The notes under the pieces were generated by a model that was not told the origin of the DNA, did no database searches, and was given only the letters and a program-made list of their open reading frames with translations. Made by a program: the position numbers and the translations under genes. A stretch of 64,000 nt of DNA, taken from Candidatus Omnitrophota bacterium. Lineage in GTDB: Bacteria > Omnitrophota > Gorgyraeia > Gygaellales > Profunditerraquicolaceae. Of this stretch, positions 9,137-19,155 are shown piece by piece (the first letter of the stretch is position 1; every line of letters starts with the position of its first letter). Location of the stretch: the NCBI GenBank assembly GCA_003598025.1, contig QZKH01000002.1:206206-270205 (forward strand). The letters run 5' to 3'.

Positions 9137-10527
9137 GCGGTATATTCGGAGTAATCTCCAGGGACAGCTGTAGTGATGATTTGTTTTATGGCACTGATTA
9201 TCATTCTCACCTCGGCACGCAGTTTGCGGGGCTGGCAGTTTCAACCGGGGAAATTCAACGTAAAATACATGATATAAAAGGCAGCCAGTTTAAAGCTAAA
9301 TTCTTTACAGAATATAAAAATATGCAGGGGGCTATGGGCATAGGGGTGATCAGCTCTAAAGAAGAACAGCCCATATTGGTGCATTCCAGATTCGGTGCAT
9401 TTGCCATAGTGACTAATGGATTTATTGACAATGCGGTTCAGCTAGCCGAGGATCTTTATAAGAAAGGGCAGTCCTTCAGTGAAGTAACCGACGGCTCTGT
9501 CAATACCACGGAATTAATTGCCAAATTAATAATAAGAGGAGAAAATATAATTGATGGCATAGAAAAGATGTTTAAGGCGATAAGGGGTTCCTGTTCCTTG
9601 CTTTTGTTGACTAAGGATGGGATCTATGCGGCCAGGGACCGTCTGGGATATAGCGCTTTGACTGTCGGGATAAAATCGGGCTCTTTCGCGGTCACTACAG
9701 AAACAAGCGCTTTTCATAATCTTGGATATAAAATAGACAAGAGCCTTGAGCCCGGAGAGATAATATTTTTAAACAAGCGAGGTATCACAACCAGAAAAAA
9801 GTGTTCGGATAAAAAACAAATTTGTTCATTCTTATGGATATATACCGGGTTTCCTGCTTCTTCCTATGAAGGCCACAACGTAGAGGCGGCAAGAGAAAGG
9901 TGCGGTCGCTGCCTGGCTAAGAATGATATGGTTGATGCGGATATGGTTGCCGGGATACCGGATTCAGGCACCGCGCATGCAATAGGTTATGCGATGGAAT
10001 CAGGCATACCTTTACGCAGGCCACTGGTAAAATATACCCCTGGTTATGACCGTAGCTATACTCCGCCTTCCCAGCATATGCGTGATTTGGTCGCAAGGAT
10101 GAAGCTTATTCCTATTCCCGAGATCATAAAGGGCAAGCGCATAGTTTTTTGTGATGATTCAATCGTCAGGGGCACGCAACTCAAGAATTATACTATTCAG
10201 AAACTCATTAATTGCGGAGCAAAACAGATCCATTTGAGGATCGCCTGCCCGCCGCTTATGTTCCCGTGCAAATTCAATTATTCCACCCGTCAGATAAAAG
10301 AATTAGCTGCCCGTAAGGCGATCAGAGCGCTTGAAGGCAAAGATACCAAAAATATAAAACGGTATCTTGATGAAGGATCATACGAATATAAAAGAATGGT
10401 AAAGTGGATTGCCAGGGACTTAAAGGTTGATACTTTAAGATATCTGAAACTGCAGGACATGATCCAGGCTATCGGTTTACCTGAGCAAAAAATATGCCAG
10501 TATTGCTGGACCGGCAAAGAGGGTTAA
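9133..10527 (+). CDS. Amidophosphoribosyltransferase-like paralog with Ser instead of Cys at the N-terminal nucleophile position
   Basis: The N-terminus is MSGIFGV, whereas canonical PurF has MCGI. The PRTase motif VFCDDSIVRGTQ and the Fe-S Cys ligands (CQYCWTG) are retained. The glutaminase-domain motifs have diverged (HLGTQFAGLAV instead of RGQE.AGI). Confidence 0.7.
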   Translation: MSGIFGVISRDSCSDDLFYGTDYHSHLGTQFAGLAVSTGEIQRKIHDIKGSQFKAKFFTEYKNMQGAMGIGVISSKEEQPILVHSRFGAFAIVTNGFIDNAVQLAEDLYKKGQSFSEVTDGSVNTTELIAKLIIRGENIIDGIEKMFKAIRGSCSLLLLTKDGIYAARDRLGYSALTVGIKSGSFAVTTETSAFHNLGYKIDKSLEPGEIIFLNKRGITTRKKCSDKKQICSFLWIYTGFPASSYEGHNVEAARERCGRCLAKNDMVDADMVAGIPDSGTAHAIGYAMESGIPLRRPLVKYTPGYDRSYTPPSQHMRDLVARMKLIPIPEIIKGKRIVFCDDSIVRGTQLKNYTIQKLINCGAKQIHLRIACPPLMFPCKFNYSTRQIKELAARKAIRALEGKDTKNIKRYLDEGSYEYKRMVKWIARDLKVDTLRYLKLQDMIQAIGLPEQKICQYCWTGKEG

Positions 10528-10548
10528 CTTTTTTAAGCAGAGGAAAAT

Positions 10549-11994
10549 ATGGACGAATACGGTTTATTAAACGACCATCCAAAGGAATATTGCGGTTTGT
10601 TCGGAATAACCGGACATAAGCAGGCCAGCTGGCTTACATATCTTGGTTTGTATGCGTTGCAGCACAGGGGACAGGAGGCCTGCGGGATTGTATCGAACAA
10701 CAACGGTTCCCTGCACGTACATAAAGATATGGGTTTAGTCGCTGATGTTTTCGACGGCCGTACTTTAAACAGTCTTAAGGGCGATACTGCCTGCGGCCAT
10801 GTCAGGTATTCTACCACCGGTTCAAGTGTCTTGAAAAATTCCCAGCCGTTATTAATAGACTATGCCAAAGGTACAATGTGTATCGCGCATAACGGTAACC
10901 TAGTTAATTCCCTGGAATTAAGGTCATATCTGGAAAAGCGCGGTTCTATTTTTCAGACAACAACCGATTCAGAATTAATTATTCATCTTATGGCCAAGGC
11001 AAGATGCCGTGATTTGCAAGGAAGCCTTATGTATGCGCTAAAGCGGATAAGAGGGGCGTTTTCTTTGGTTATGATGAACAGAGATTCTCTTATTGGAGTA
11101 AGGGACCCATGGGGTTTCAGGCCGCTTTGTCTGGGCAAACTAAGAAATTCCTGGTGTCTGGCTTCTGAGACCTGCGCGCTTGACCTTATCGGAGCAAAAT
11201 TCGTACGCGATGTAGAGCCGGGAGAAATCATCTTTATTTCGGATAATAAACTCAAGTCAGTAAAATTCAGCCCGCAGAAGAATAAATTCGCAATGTGTAT
11301 CTTTGAACACGTTTATTTTTCCCGTCCTGATTCAATTGTTTTTGGCGAAACGGTGCATATGGTAAGGCGTAAGCTTGGCGAACAGCTGGCCAGGGAATAT
11401 CCGGTGGATGCGGATTTTGTTGTCCCTGTTCCTGATTCCGGTTTTTCAGCCGCGATGGGTTATTCTCATGAGTCGGGTATACCTCTTGAAATGGGCATAA
11501 TCAGGAACCATTATATAGGCAGGACATTCATACAGCCTGCCCAGGATATAAGGGAATTCGGGATAAGGGTAAAATTCAATCTGCTTAAAGATGTTTTAAG
11601 AGGCAAGAAGATTGTTATTGTTGATGATTCTATTGTCCGCGGAAATACTTCGAAGATCCGCGTCAGAAACTTAAGAAGGGCAGGCGTCAAAGAAGTGCAT
11701 TTAAGGATTTCCTGCCCGCCGCACAGGCACCCTTGTTTTTATGGTATTGATTTTCACCGTTCCAGCGAACTGATCGCAAATAAATACGGCTCACTTGAAC
11801 AGATAAGGAAATATTTAGGCGTAGACAGCCTGGGTTATCTCAGCCTTGAAGGGATGCACAAATGCCTTAAGAATCCCGAAAAATATTATTGTAATGCCTG
11901 CTGGACAGGCAGGTATCCGGTTAAAGCAGAGACAGGCCATAGCAAATTTTCTCTTGAGTCACGTTGCTGCGGCCAGGGAGAGATTAAATTATGA
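10549..11994 (+). CDS. purF: Amidophosphoribosyltransferase (canonical, with short propeptide before Cys)
   Basis: Motifs EYCGLFGI, LQHRGQEACGIV, VIVDDSIVRGNTS and CNACWTG are present. Confidence 0.9.
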   Translation: MDEYGLLNDHPKEYCGLFGITGHKQASWLTYLGLYALQHRGQEACGIVSNNNGSLHVHKDMGLVADVFDGRTLNSLKGDTACGHVRYSTTGSSVLKNSQPLLIDYAKGTMCIAHNGNLVNSLELRSYLEKRGSIFQTTTDSELIIHLMAKARCRDLQGSLMYALKRIRGAFSLVMMNRDSLIGVRDPWGFRPLCLGKLRNSWCLASETCALDLIGAKFVRDVEPGEIIFISDNKLKSVKFSPQKNKFAMCIFEHVYFSRPDSIVFGETVHMVRRKLGEQLAREYPVDADFVVPVPDSGFSAAMGYSHESGIPLEMGIIRNHYIGRTFIQPAQDIREFGIRVKFNLLKDVLRGKKIVIVDDSIVRGNTSKIRVRNLRRAGVKEVHLRISCPPHRHPCFYGIDFHRSSELIANKYGSLEQIRKYLGVDSLGYLSLEGMHKCLKNPEKYYCNACWTGRYPVKAETGHSKFSLESRCCGQGEIKL

Positions 11995-13013
11995 GACGAA
12001 CAAAGAGCATAAACTATAAGTCTGCTGGAGTTGATATACACAAAGCAGAGAGTTTTAAAGAAAAGATAAAACCTTTGGCGAGGAAATCTTTTACCGGCGA
12101 AGTGATTAAGGATATCGGCGGGTTCGGTGCATTTTTCAGGTTCCCCCAAAAGGCCTACAAGAACCCGGTGCTGGTTTCTTCCTCTGACGGCGTAGGCACT
12201 AAGCTTAAGATAGCTGCGCTTGTCAATAAGCATGATACCATCGGTATAGATGCTGTGGCCATGAACGTAAATGACATACTTTGCACCGGGGCAAGGCCGT
12301 TGTTTTTTCTTGATTATTTAGCTTATAGCGACCTCAAGGAAGAGACCCTGCTGGATATAATCAAAGGGATAAATAACGGTTGCATTGAATCGGGGTGTTC
12401 TTTAATCGGAGGAGAAACTGCCCAGATGCCTGGCATGTATGATAAAGGTGAATATGATGTGGCCGGATTTTGCGTAGGGGCGATCGAAGAGGCCAATATA
12501 ATCGATGGTTCAAGAATAGAAGAAGGGGATTTGGCTTTAGGCCTGGAATCAAGCGGACTGCATTCTAACGGTTTTTCATTGGTCAGAAAGGTTTTCTCCG
12601 AGGCAGAGCTTAAAAGGATGAGTAAAGAGCTGCTTGAACCCACGCGTATTTATGTAAAACCGGTGATTGCCTTGTTGGATAAATTCGGCTATGACTGTAA
12701 GGTAATCAGGGGCATATCCCATATTACAGGCGGTGCTTTTTATAACAAGATATCACGTATCCTACCGAGAAAATTTGATTTGAGGATTGACAAAAATTCC
12801 TGGGTTGTACCGAAAATCTTCAGGCTCGTTCAAAACAAGGGCAATGTCAGCGACAGAGACATGTACTCGACATTAAATATGGGTATTGGCATGGTATTAT
12901 TTATTCCTAAAGCTGCTTTAAGCCAGGTTAAGGGCGAGTTGGAAAAATTCAGCTTGAAATCCTGGGTTATCGGGAAAGTCACCCCGGGAGCCAGGCAAGT
13001 GCATATAAATTAA
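11991..13013 (+). CDS. purM: Phosphoribosylformylglycinamidine cyclo-ligase (AIR synthase)
   Basis: The DGVGTKL motif is present within an AIRS/AIRS_C architecture, and the length is typical. Confidence 0.9.
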   Translation: MRRTKSINYKSAGVDIHKAESFKEKIKPLARKSFTGEVIKDIGGFGAFFRFPQKAYKNPVLVSSSDGVGTKLKIAALVNKHDTIGIDAVAMNVNDILCTGARPLFFLDYLAYSDLKEETLLDIIKGINNGCIESGCSLIGGETAQMPGMYDKGEYDVAGFCVGAIEEANIIDGSRIEEGDLALGLESSGLHSNGFSLVRKVFSEAELKRMSKELLEPTRIYVKPVIALLDKFGYDCKVIRGISHITGGAFYNKISRILPRKFDLRIDKNSWVVPKIFRLVQNKGNVSDRDMYSTLNMGIGMVLFIPKAALSQVKGELEKFSLKSWVIGKVTPGARQVHIN

Positions 13014-13032
13014 TTTTAAAAAAGGAGGAAAA

Positions 13033-13905
13033 ATGGGCCCTTTGTTTACGATGACCATAGTATTCGCAGTTTTTATCTTTCTTTCCGGGATAAGGATAGT
13101 CCGTCCTACTCACCGCGGGCTGGTTGAGAGGCTGGGTAAATACAACCGTTTTGCCAACCCGGGTTTTAACTGGATAATACCGGTGATTGAGAGCCTTTAT
13201 ATGGTCAATATCACCGAGCAGATGGTTGATGCCGAGCCGCAGGAAATTATTACCAACGATAATTTAAATGCCCGTGTAGATGCACAGGTTTATTTTAAGG
13301 TCAAGCCTGATGAGGTAAGCGTAAAGAATTCCCTGTATAACGTTAATAATTATCAGTGGCAGATAGTCAATCTTGCCCGCACTACCTTAAGGAATATTAT
13401 CGGCACGCTTACGCTTAAATCCGCTAACAGCGAAAGGGGTAAGATAAACGAAGAGCTGCATAAGACCCTTTGCGAAGAGACACAGAGCTGGGGTATTGAG
13501 ATAGTGCGTACTGAGCTTAAGGAAATCGACCCTCCTAAAGATGTCCAGGAGACGATGAACAAGGTGGTAAAAGCTGAAAATGAAAAAATCGCCGCTATTG
13601 ATTATGCAACAGCCACAGAGACTGCAGCTGATGGCCAGAAGAGGGCTGAAATTAAGAAAGCCGAAGGCATCAAGCAGGCCAGGATCCTTCAGGCTGAAGG
13701 CGAGGCTGAGGCGATCAAGCTGGTCAACGAGGCAGCTGAGCATTATTTTGTCGGTAACGCGCAGGTGCTAAGGAAATTAGAGGCAGTTGAGAAGTCGCTT
13801 GAAAATAACGCAAAAATAGTAGTCCCTTCAAATACAGAACTGGTCAACGTTATCGGCGAGATGGCAGGTGTATTGCCGCTTAGAAAAGAACAAAAAGAGA
13901 AATGA
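13033..13905 (+). CDS. SPFH/band-7 (stomatin/prohibitin-like) membrane protein
   Basis: An N-terminal TM helix is followed by an SPFH core and a C-terminal Ala/Glu-rich coiled coil (AEIKKAEGIKQARILQAEGEAEAIK). Confidence 0.75.
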   Translation: MGPLFTMTIVFAVFIFLSGIRIVRPTHRGLVERLGKYNRFANPGFNWIIPVIESLYMVNITEQMVDAEPQEIITNDNLNARVDAQVYFKVKPDEVSVKNSLYNVNNYQWQIVNLARTTLRNIIGTLTLKSANSERGKINEELHKTLCEETQSWGIEIVRTELKEIDPPKDVQETMNKVVKAENEKIAAIDYATATETAADGQKRAEIKKAEGIKQARILQAEGEAEAIKLVNEAAEHYFVGNAQVLRKLEAVEKSLENNAKIVVPSNTELVNVIGEMAGVLPLRKEQKEK

Positions 13906-13965
13906 AGCTCATTAGGCTAAAGTCTGAGGTTTCTTGGAGCGAAATACTGAGCGTACACACTCCAT

Positions 13966-13991
13966 CCGCACCTTCGAAGGTGCGGTTTTGT
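13966..13991 (+). terminator. Rho-independent terminator (ccgcacc-ttcgaa-ggtgcgg + TTTTGTG)
   Basis: A perfect 7-bp GC-rich stem with a 6-nt loop is followed by a T-run, downstream of the SPFH gene and before purD. Confidence 0.5.
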
Positions 13992-14066
13992 GACCGCGAA
14001 CGTATAAATCACATTGCTGATTAACTATTAAACGATTAAGCTGTTCAACGCTTAAACAATAAAGTT

Positions 14067-15356
14067 ATGCGAATATTAGTTATAGGTTCGGGAGGCAGAG
14101 AGCACGCGCTTGTCTGGAAAATAGCGCAGTCTAAATCGGTAGATAAGATTTTCTGTGCTCCCGGTAATGCGGGGATCGCGCAACAGGCAGAGTGTATCGA
14201 TATTAAACCGGATGACATAACCGGGTTGTTGGATTTTGCCAGGAGGCAGAATGTTGACCTTACAGTAGTCGGGCCGGAAGTGCCTTTGTCGTTAGGTATA
14301 GCTGATGAGTTCAAAAAATATAAGTTAAATATTTTCGGGCCGAATAAAGCTGCTGCACAATTGGAATCAAGCAAGGTATTTTCCAAACAGATGATGGCCA
14401 GGTATCAGGTCCCGACTGCAGAGTTCAGGGTTTTTCAGGACTTAGATGAAGCAAAAAGGTTTATTTCTGTCAGGGGAGCGCCCTGCGTAATCAAGGCAGA
14501 CGGCCTTGCGCAAGGCAAGGGAGTATTTGTCGCAAAGACGGTGGAAGAAGCAAACCAGGCAGCTTCTTTAATACTCAGGGATAAAATTTTCGGTAATTCC
14601 GGTAAGAAGATTATAGTCGAAGATTGCCTGGAAGGTCCGGAAGCATCCATATTGGTATTTACTGATTCAGAATATGTTATACCCCTTGCTTCAAGCCAGG
14701 ACCATAAAAGGATATTTGATAATGACCAGGGGCCTAATACAGGGGGTATGGGCGCGTATTCTCCTGCGCCAGTGGTTGATAAGGCAATGTTCGATCTTAT
14801 AATGCAGAAAGTAATATACAAGATGGTTAAAGGCTTATTAAATGAAGGTATCGAATACCAGGGTGTTTTATATGCCGGGATAATGATTACTAAAGATGGT
14901 CCAAAGACCCTGGAGTTCAATGTCCGTTTCGGGGACCCGGAGACACAGGCGATCCTGCCAAGGTTAAAAACCGACATTGTCGAGGTTATGTTGGCTTGCG
15001 CAAAAAAACAGCTTTCAAAAGTCAAGACATTGGATTGGGATAACCGTAGTTGTGTATGCGTTGTGTGTTCCTCAAAAGGTTACCCGGGGGCTTATGATAA
15101 AGGCAAAGAGATAAAAGGCATAGAAGAAGCTGAGAAAATAGAAGGGGTGAAGGTTTTTCATGCGGGAACAAAGTTTTTGCCGTCCACAGTCCACAGTCCA
15201 CAGTCCACTTGCGTTACTGATGGAGGAAGGGTGCTGGGTGTCAGCGGCTTAGGAACCACGATTAAAGAAGCGATAAATAAAACTTATCAGGGAGTCTCAA
15301 AAATTCACTTTGATGGTATGCATTACCGTAAAGATATTGCCTCAAAGGCGCTATAA
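14067..15356 (+). CDS. purD: Phosphoribosylamine-glycine ligase
   Basis: The N-terminus MRILVIGSGGREHAL matches GARS, and the ATP-grasp core is recognisable. An in-frame heptamer-repeat insertion near the C-terminus is noted separately. Confidence 0.9.
   Translation: MRILVIGSGGREHALVWKIAQSKSVDKIFCAPGNAGIAQQAECIDIKPDDITGLLDFARRQNVDLTVVGPEVPLSLGIADEFKKYKLNIFGPNKAAAQLESSKVFSKQMMARYQVPTAEFRVFQDLDEAKRFISVRGAPCVIKADGLAQGKGVFVAKTVEEANQAASLILRDKIFGNSGKKIIVEDCLEGPEASILVFTDSEYVIPLASSQDHKRIFDNDQGPNTGGMGAYSPAPVVDKAMFDLIMQKVIYKMVKGLLNEGIEYQGVLYAGIMITKDGPKTLEFNVRFGDPETQAILPRLKTDIVEVMLACAKKQLSKVKTLDWDNRSCVCVVCSSKGYPGAYDKGKEIKGIEEAEKIEGVKVFHAGTKFLPSTVHSPQSTCVTDGGRVLGVSGLGTTIKEAINKTYQGVSKIHFDGMHYRKDIASKAL
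15182..15209 (+). repeat. Four tandem heptamers (gtccaca x3 + gtccact) in-frame inside purD
   Basis: Seen directly. It encodes STVHSPQST within the usually compact PurD C-terminal loop. The unit is one mismatch from the intergenic GTTCACA heptamer family. Confidence 0.7.
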
Positions 15357-15371
15357 CAGAGGAGGTATATT

Positions 15372-15854
15372 ATGGCTAAAATCAGTATTATAATGGGAAG
15401 CCAGTCAGATTTAGAGACTGTTCAGGAAACAGTAAATATTTTAAAGGAATTCAAGGCCTCTTTTGAGATAAAAGTATTGTCAGCCCATAGGACCCCGCGT
15501 GAACTTGCTGCTTACGTAGAGAGCGCGCAAAAAAGAGGAGTAAAAGTTTTTATCGCTGCTGCAGGAGGGGCTGCGGCCCTGGCAGGTGTGATCGCTGCCC
15601 ATACGATTTTACCGGTGATAGGCATACCCATAGAGACAAGCAGTCTAAAAGGCATGGATTCTTTGCTTTCTACCGTGCAGATGCCTGCGGGGGTGCCGGT
15701 TGCATCAATGGCTATAGGAAAGGCAGGTGCGCGTAATGCCGGCTTGTTTGCTTTGGAAATCGTTGCTTTGGAGGATAAGAATACCAGGGCAAGATTAGTT
15801 GCATATAAGAAGGAAATGAGGGATAAGATAAGGAACATAAAGATTAAGGTATGA
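15372..15854 (+). CDS. purE: N5-carboxyaminoimidazole ribonucleotide mutase
   Basis: The motif IMGSQSDL is present and the central loop is Ala/Gly-rich (AAGGAAALAGVIAAHT), at about 160 aa. Confidence 0.9.
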   Translation: MAKISIIMGSQSDLETVQETVNILKEFKASFEIKVLSAHRTPRELAAYVESAQKRGVKVFIAAAGGAAALAGVIAAHTILPVIGIPIETSSLKGMDSLLSTVQMPAGVPVASMAIGKAGARNAGLFALEIVALEDKNTRARLVAYKKEMRDKIRNIKIKV

Positions 15855-16915
15855 GTATTAAGACAAAAATAGCCAGACTCGACCTGAACAGGCCGGATGA
15901 TAATATATTAAAAGAAGCCGCTAATGTGATATTGCGCGGGGGCCTGGTAATAATACCTACCGAGACAGTCTATGGCATAGCCGCGAATATGTCTGATAAA
16001 AAGGCCTTATCCAGGCTGGCCCAGATAAAGAAACGCCCCGAAGAAAAACATTTTTCATTGCTGATAAACCATAAGGAAAGCGTCAACGATTTTGGCAGTA
16101 ATATATCCACTAAAGCATACAAGATCATAGACAAGTTGTGGCCGGGGCCCTTGACTGTGGTGTTAAATTCAAGGGATGGCAGGACAGTAGGCATGCGTAT
16201 GCCCGACCATGATGTCGCTTTAAGGATAGTAACCCTTGCCGGGATACCTTTGGCTTGCCCATCAGCCAACATTTCCGGCGCTCCTTCTCCCGTTGATTTC
16301 AATCAGGCAATAAAAGATATGGATGGGCATGTAGATTATGCCATAGATGCCGGGCCTACCAGGTTTCAGAGGGATTCTACCGTAGTTGACTTGACCGGTG
16401 AGGACGTACGGATATTAAGAGAGGGAGTAATCAGTAAGGACGTTATCGATAGAATAGCAAATAAGAAGACCGTATTATTTATATGCACGGGAAATTCATG
16501 CCGTTCGGTTATGGCTGAAGGATTATTAAAGCTTAAGCTGAAGGAAAAGAAGAGGGATGATGTTGAGGTGATTTCAGCCGGTATTATGATGCTCTCAGGT
16601 TTCGGGGCATCAGAAGAGACTATCCACCTGCTTAAGAGCCGGGGAATTGACGTCTCCAGGCATTTTTCCCAGCAGGTGACAAAAGCGATAATAAGGAAGT
16701 CGGATATAATCCTGGTCATGGAAAAGATCCATGAAGAAAAAATATTGCAGATGGTCCCGGAGGCAAGAAATAGGCTTTTCTTATTGAAAGAATTTGCTAA
16801 AATAAATGATAGTAACCTGGATATCCCTGACCCGATAGGAAAGGGAATGGAGTTTTACGAATCAACACTTGCGGTAATCAACGAAGCGGTAGAAAAGATA
16901 GCCGAGGTAATCTGA
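15851..16915 (+). CDS. Fusion: Sua5/YciO/YrdC/YwlC threonylcarbamoyl-AMP synthase domain + low-molecular-weight protein (Tyr/Arg) phosphatase domain
   Basis: The N-terminal half has YrdC-like motifs (IIPTETVYGI). The C-terminal half has the LMW-PTP P-loop CTGNSCRS (CX5R). The synteny with rpiB and glyA resembles B. subtilis ywlC-ywlE-ywlF-glyA. Confidence 0.75.
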   Translation: MSIKTKIARLDLNRPDDNILKEAANVILRGGLVIIPTETVYGIAANMSDKKALSRLAQIKKRPEEKHFSLLINHKESVNDFGSNISTKAYKIIDKLWPGPLTVVLNSRDGRTVGMRMPDHDVALRIVTLAGIPLACPSANISGAPSPVDFNQAIKDMDGHVDYAIDAGPTRFQRDSTVVDLTGEDVRILREGVISKDVIDRIANKKTVLFICTGNSCRSVMAEGLLKLKLKEKKRDDVEVISAGIMMLSGFGASEETIHLLKSRGIDVSRHFSQQVTKAIIRKSDIILVMEKIHEEKILQMVPEARNRLFLLKEFAKINDSNLDIPDPIGKGMEFYESTLAVINEAVEKIAEVI

Positions 16916-16916
16916 T

Positions 16917-17375
16917 ATGCTTAAAGAAAAAATAATAATAGGCTCTGACCACGCCGGGTTCCTGCTTAAAGAAAAAATAAAATCTTTTTTGCTGAGGAAA
17001 GGTTTTCAGGTAAATGACGTAGGTGCATTTTCAGAGGAGCGGTGCGATTACCCTGTTTTTGCACTTGCCGTAGCAAAAGCGGTATCTTGCGGGAAATACA
17101 AAAGAGGCATACTTATATGTAAATCCGGCATAGGCAATTCCATTGTGGCAAACAGATTGAGGGGCGTAAGGGCAGCCCTTTGCCATAATACGTTAGCCGC
17201 AAAATTGTCCCGCCGGCATAATGACAGCAATATCCTGGTAATGGGCTCAGCTTTCGTTAAGCCTGAGCTTGCTAAAAGAATGGTAGGCGCCTGGCTTAAA
17301 ACAGAATTTATGAAAGGGCGTCATTTAAAGAGGTTAAAACTTATCAATAATATAGGGAAAGAATGTTTATGTTAA
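16917..17375 (+). CDS. rpiB: Ribose-5-phosphate isomerase B
   Basis: RpiB/LacAB family hallmarks are present ([18 protein letters not shown]). Confidence 0.85.
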   Translation: MLKEKIIIGSDHAGFLLKEKIKSFLLRKGFQVNDVGAFSEERCDYPVFALAVAKAVSCGKYKRGILICKSGIGNSIVANRLRGVRAALCHNTLAAKLSRRHNDSNILVMGSAFVKPELAKRMVGAWLKTEFMKGRHLKRLKLINNIGKECLC

Positions 17376-18616
17376 AAGGAAGATCATTAAAAAATACCGA
17401 CCCAGAGATATATGATGCAATATTTAAGGAAGAGAATAGGCAGAAGGACAACCTTGAGCTGATCGCCTCGGAGAATTTTACCTCTTGCGCTGTTTTAGAG
17501 GCGCAGGGTTCTGTTCTGACGAATAAGTATGCCGAAGGATACCCGGGGCGCAGGTGGTACGGCGGCTGCCAGCATGTTGACGAGGCTGAAAGGCTGGCGA
17601 TAGAAAGGGCAAAGAAATTATTTTCCTGCGAGCATGTAAATGTGCAGGCCCATTCAGGGACCCAGGCTAATATGGCAGTTTATTTTGCCGCCTTGAAGTT
17701 CGGCGATACTGTATTAGCCATGGATTTGTCCGCCGGCGGGCATTTAAGTCACGGGCATCCGCATAACTTTTCAGGCATGTTTTATAACGTAATAGGCTAT
17801 GGCGTAAGCAGGCAGACAGAATCGCTCGATTACGATAACATATTATCTTTAGCCAAAAAGCATAAACCGCGCATGATACTTGCCGGCGCATCTGCTTATC
17901 CGCGGCTAATAGATTTTGTAAAGTTCCGTTCTATCTGTGATGAAGTCGGTGCGTATCTTTTTGTGGATATGGCCCATATTGCCGGGCTTGTAGCCGCAGG
18001 GATACATCCATCGCCTGTGCCGTATGCGGATTTCGTTACCTCTACCACCCATAAAACGCTTAGGGGCCCTAGGGGAGGATTTGTAATGTGCCGTAAAGAA
18101 TTTTCCAAGAAAATGGATATGGAGATATTCCCCGGGATACAGGGAGGGCCGCTGATGCATGTTATCGCTGCAAAGGCTGTAGCCTTTAAGGAAGCCTCAA
18201 CTGCCGCATTTAAATCTTACCAGAAACATGTAGTTGATAATTCAAGGGAGTTGGCGCTGGCTCTGCAAAAAAACGGGTTTCGTATCGTATCCGGAGGCAC
18301 AGATACACACTTGTTATTAGTTGATCTTAGCAATAAAGGGGTAACCGGCAAAGATGCTTCTTACATATTAGAGGAAGCCGGTATCACCGTTAATAAGAAC
18401 CTGATACCTTTTGATACTAAGGGTGCGGCTGTGACCAGCGGCATAAGGATAGGTACGCCGGCAGTGACTACCCGCGGCATGAAAAAACCGCAGATGCGAA
18501 AAATCGCACAGTTTATCTACGAAGCCATAGAATCAAAAGGCGATAAGATTGTATTGAATAGAATCAAGAAAGAAGTCATTTCTTTAACCAAAAAGTTCCC
18601 GCTGTATTCTAAATAG
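17363..18616 (+). CDS. glyA: Serine hydroxymethyltransferase
   Basis: The PLP-lysine motif [12 protein letters not shown] is present and overall SHMT similarity is clear. Confidence 0.95.
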   Translation: MFMLKGRSLKNTDPEIYDAIFKEENRQKDNLELIASENFTSCAVLEAQGSVLTNKYAEGYPGRRWYGGCQHVDEAERLAIERAKKLFSCEHVNVQAHSGTQANMAVYFAALKFGDTVLAMDLSAGGHLSHGHPHNFSGMFYNVIGYGVSRQTESLDYDNILSLAKKHKPRMILAGASAYPRLIDFVKFRSICDEVGAYLFVDMAHIAGLVAAGIHPSPVPYADFVTSTTHKTLRGPRGGFVMCRKEFSKKMDMEIFPGIQGGPLMHVIAAKAVAFKEASTAAFKSYQKHVVDNSRELALALQKNGFRIVSGGTDTHLLLVDLSNKGVTGKDASYILEEAGITVNKNLIPFDTKGAAVTSGIRIGTPAVTTRGMKKPQMRKIAQFIYEAIESKGDKIVLNRIKKEVISLTKKFPLYSK

Positions 18617-18618
18617 TT

Positions 18619-19101
18619 ATGAAGAAAACAAAAAGACTTATCCATTACAGGCCGACATGGGACGAATATTTTATGGAAGTCGCAAGCCTTGTCTCCAAGA
18701 GGGCGACTTGTTTAAGGAGGCGGGTTGGGGCAGTCCTGGTAAAAGGCAAGAGGATACTGGCTACCGGTTATAACGGCGCTCCTTCAGGCCTGAGTCATTG
18801 TCTGGATGTGGGTTGCTTGAGAGAAAAACTCGGCATACCCTCGGGCCAGCGCCATGAACTATGCCGCGGCCTGCATGCCGAACAGAACGTATTGGTCCAG
18901 GCAGCACTATATGGGATTAGCACTCAAAACAGCACCCTTTATGTGACCAATCAGCCTTGTATTATCTGCGCTAAAATGCTGATTAATGCCGGCATCAAAG
19001 AAATAGTTATCAGTGATGGTTATCCTGATGAGATGGCACAGGACTTCTTAAAGAAGGCCAAGGTGAAGGTAAGGAAGGTAAAGCCGGTTCATAGTTCATA
19101 G
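18619..19101 (+). CDS. dCMP/cytidine deaminase family (ComEB-like)
   Basis: The zinc motifs HAEQN and PCIICAKML are present. The last five codons and the stop are encoded by the heptamer repeat. Confidence 0.8.
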   Translation: MKKTKRLIHYRPTWDEYFMEVASLVSKRATCLRRRVGAVLVKGKRILATGYNGAPSGLSHCLDVGCLREKLGIPSGQRHELCRGLHAEQNVLVQAALYGISTQNSTLYVTNQPCIICAKMLINAGIKEIVISDGYPDEMAQDFLKKAKVKVRKVKPVHSS

Positions 19102-19152
19102 TTGATGGGAAAAACTGTGTCTATGAACCATGAACCATAAACTATGAACTAA
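19086..19152. repeat. Palindromic heptamer-repeat element
   Basis: Seen directly: ggttcatagttcatagttgatgg ... ctatgaaccatgaaccataaactatgaactaat. It overlaps the 3' end of the deaminase gene and abuts the nrdR start. Confidence 0.7.
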
Positions 19153-19155
19153 TTT

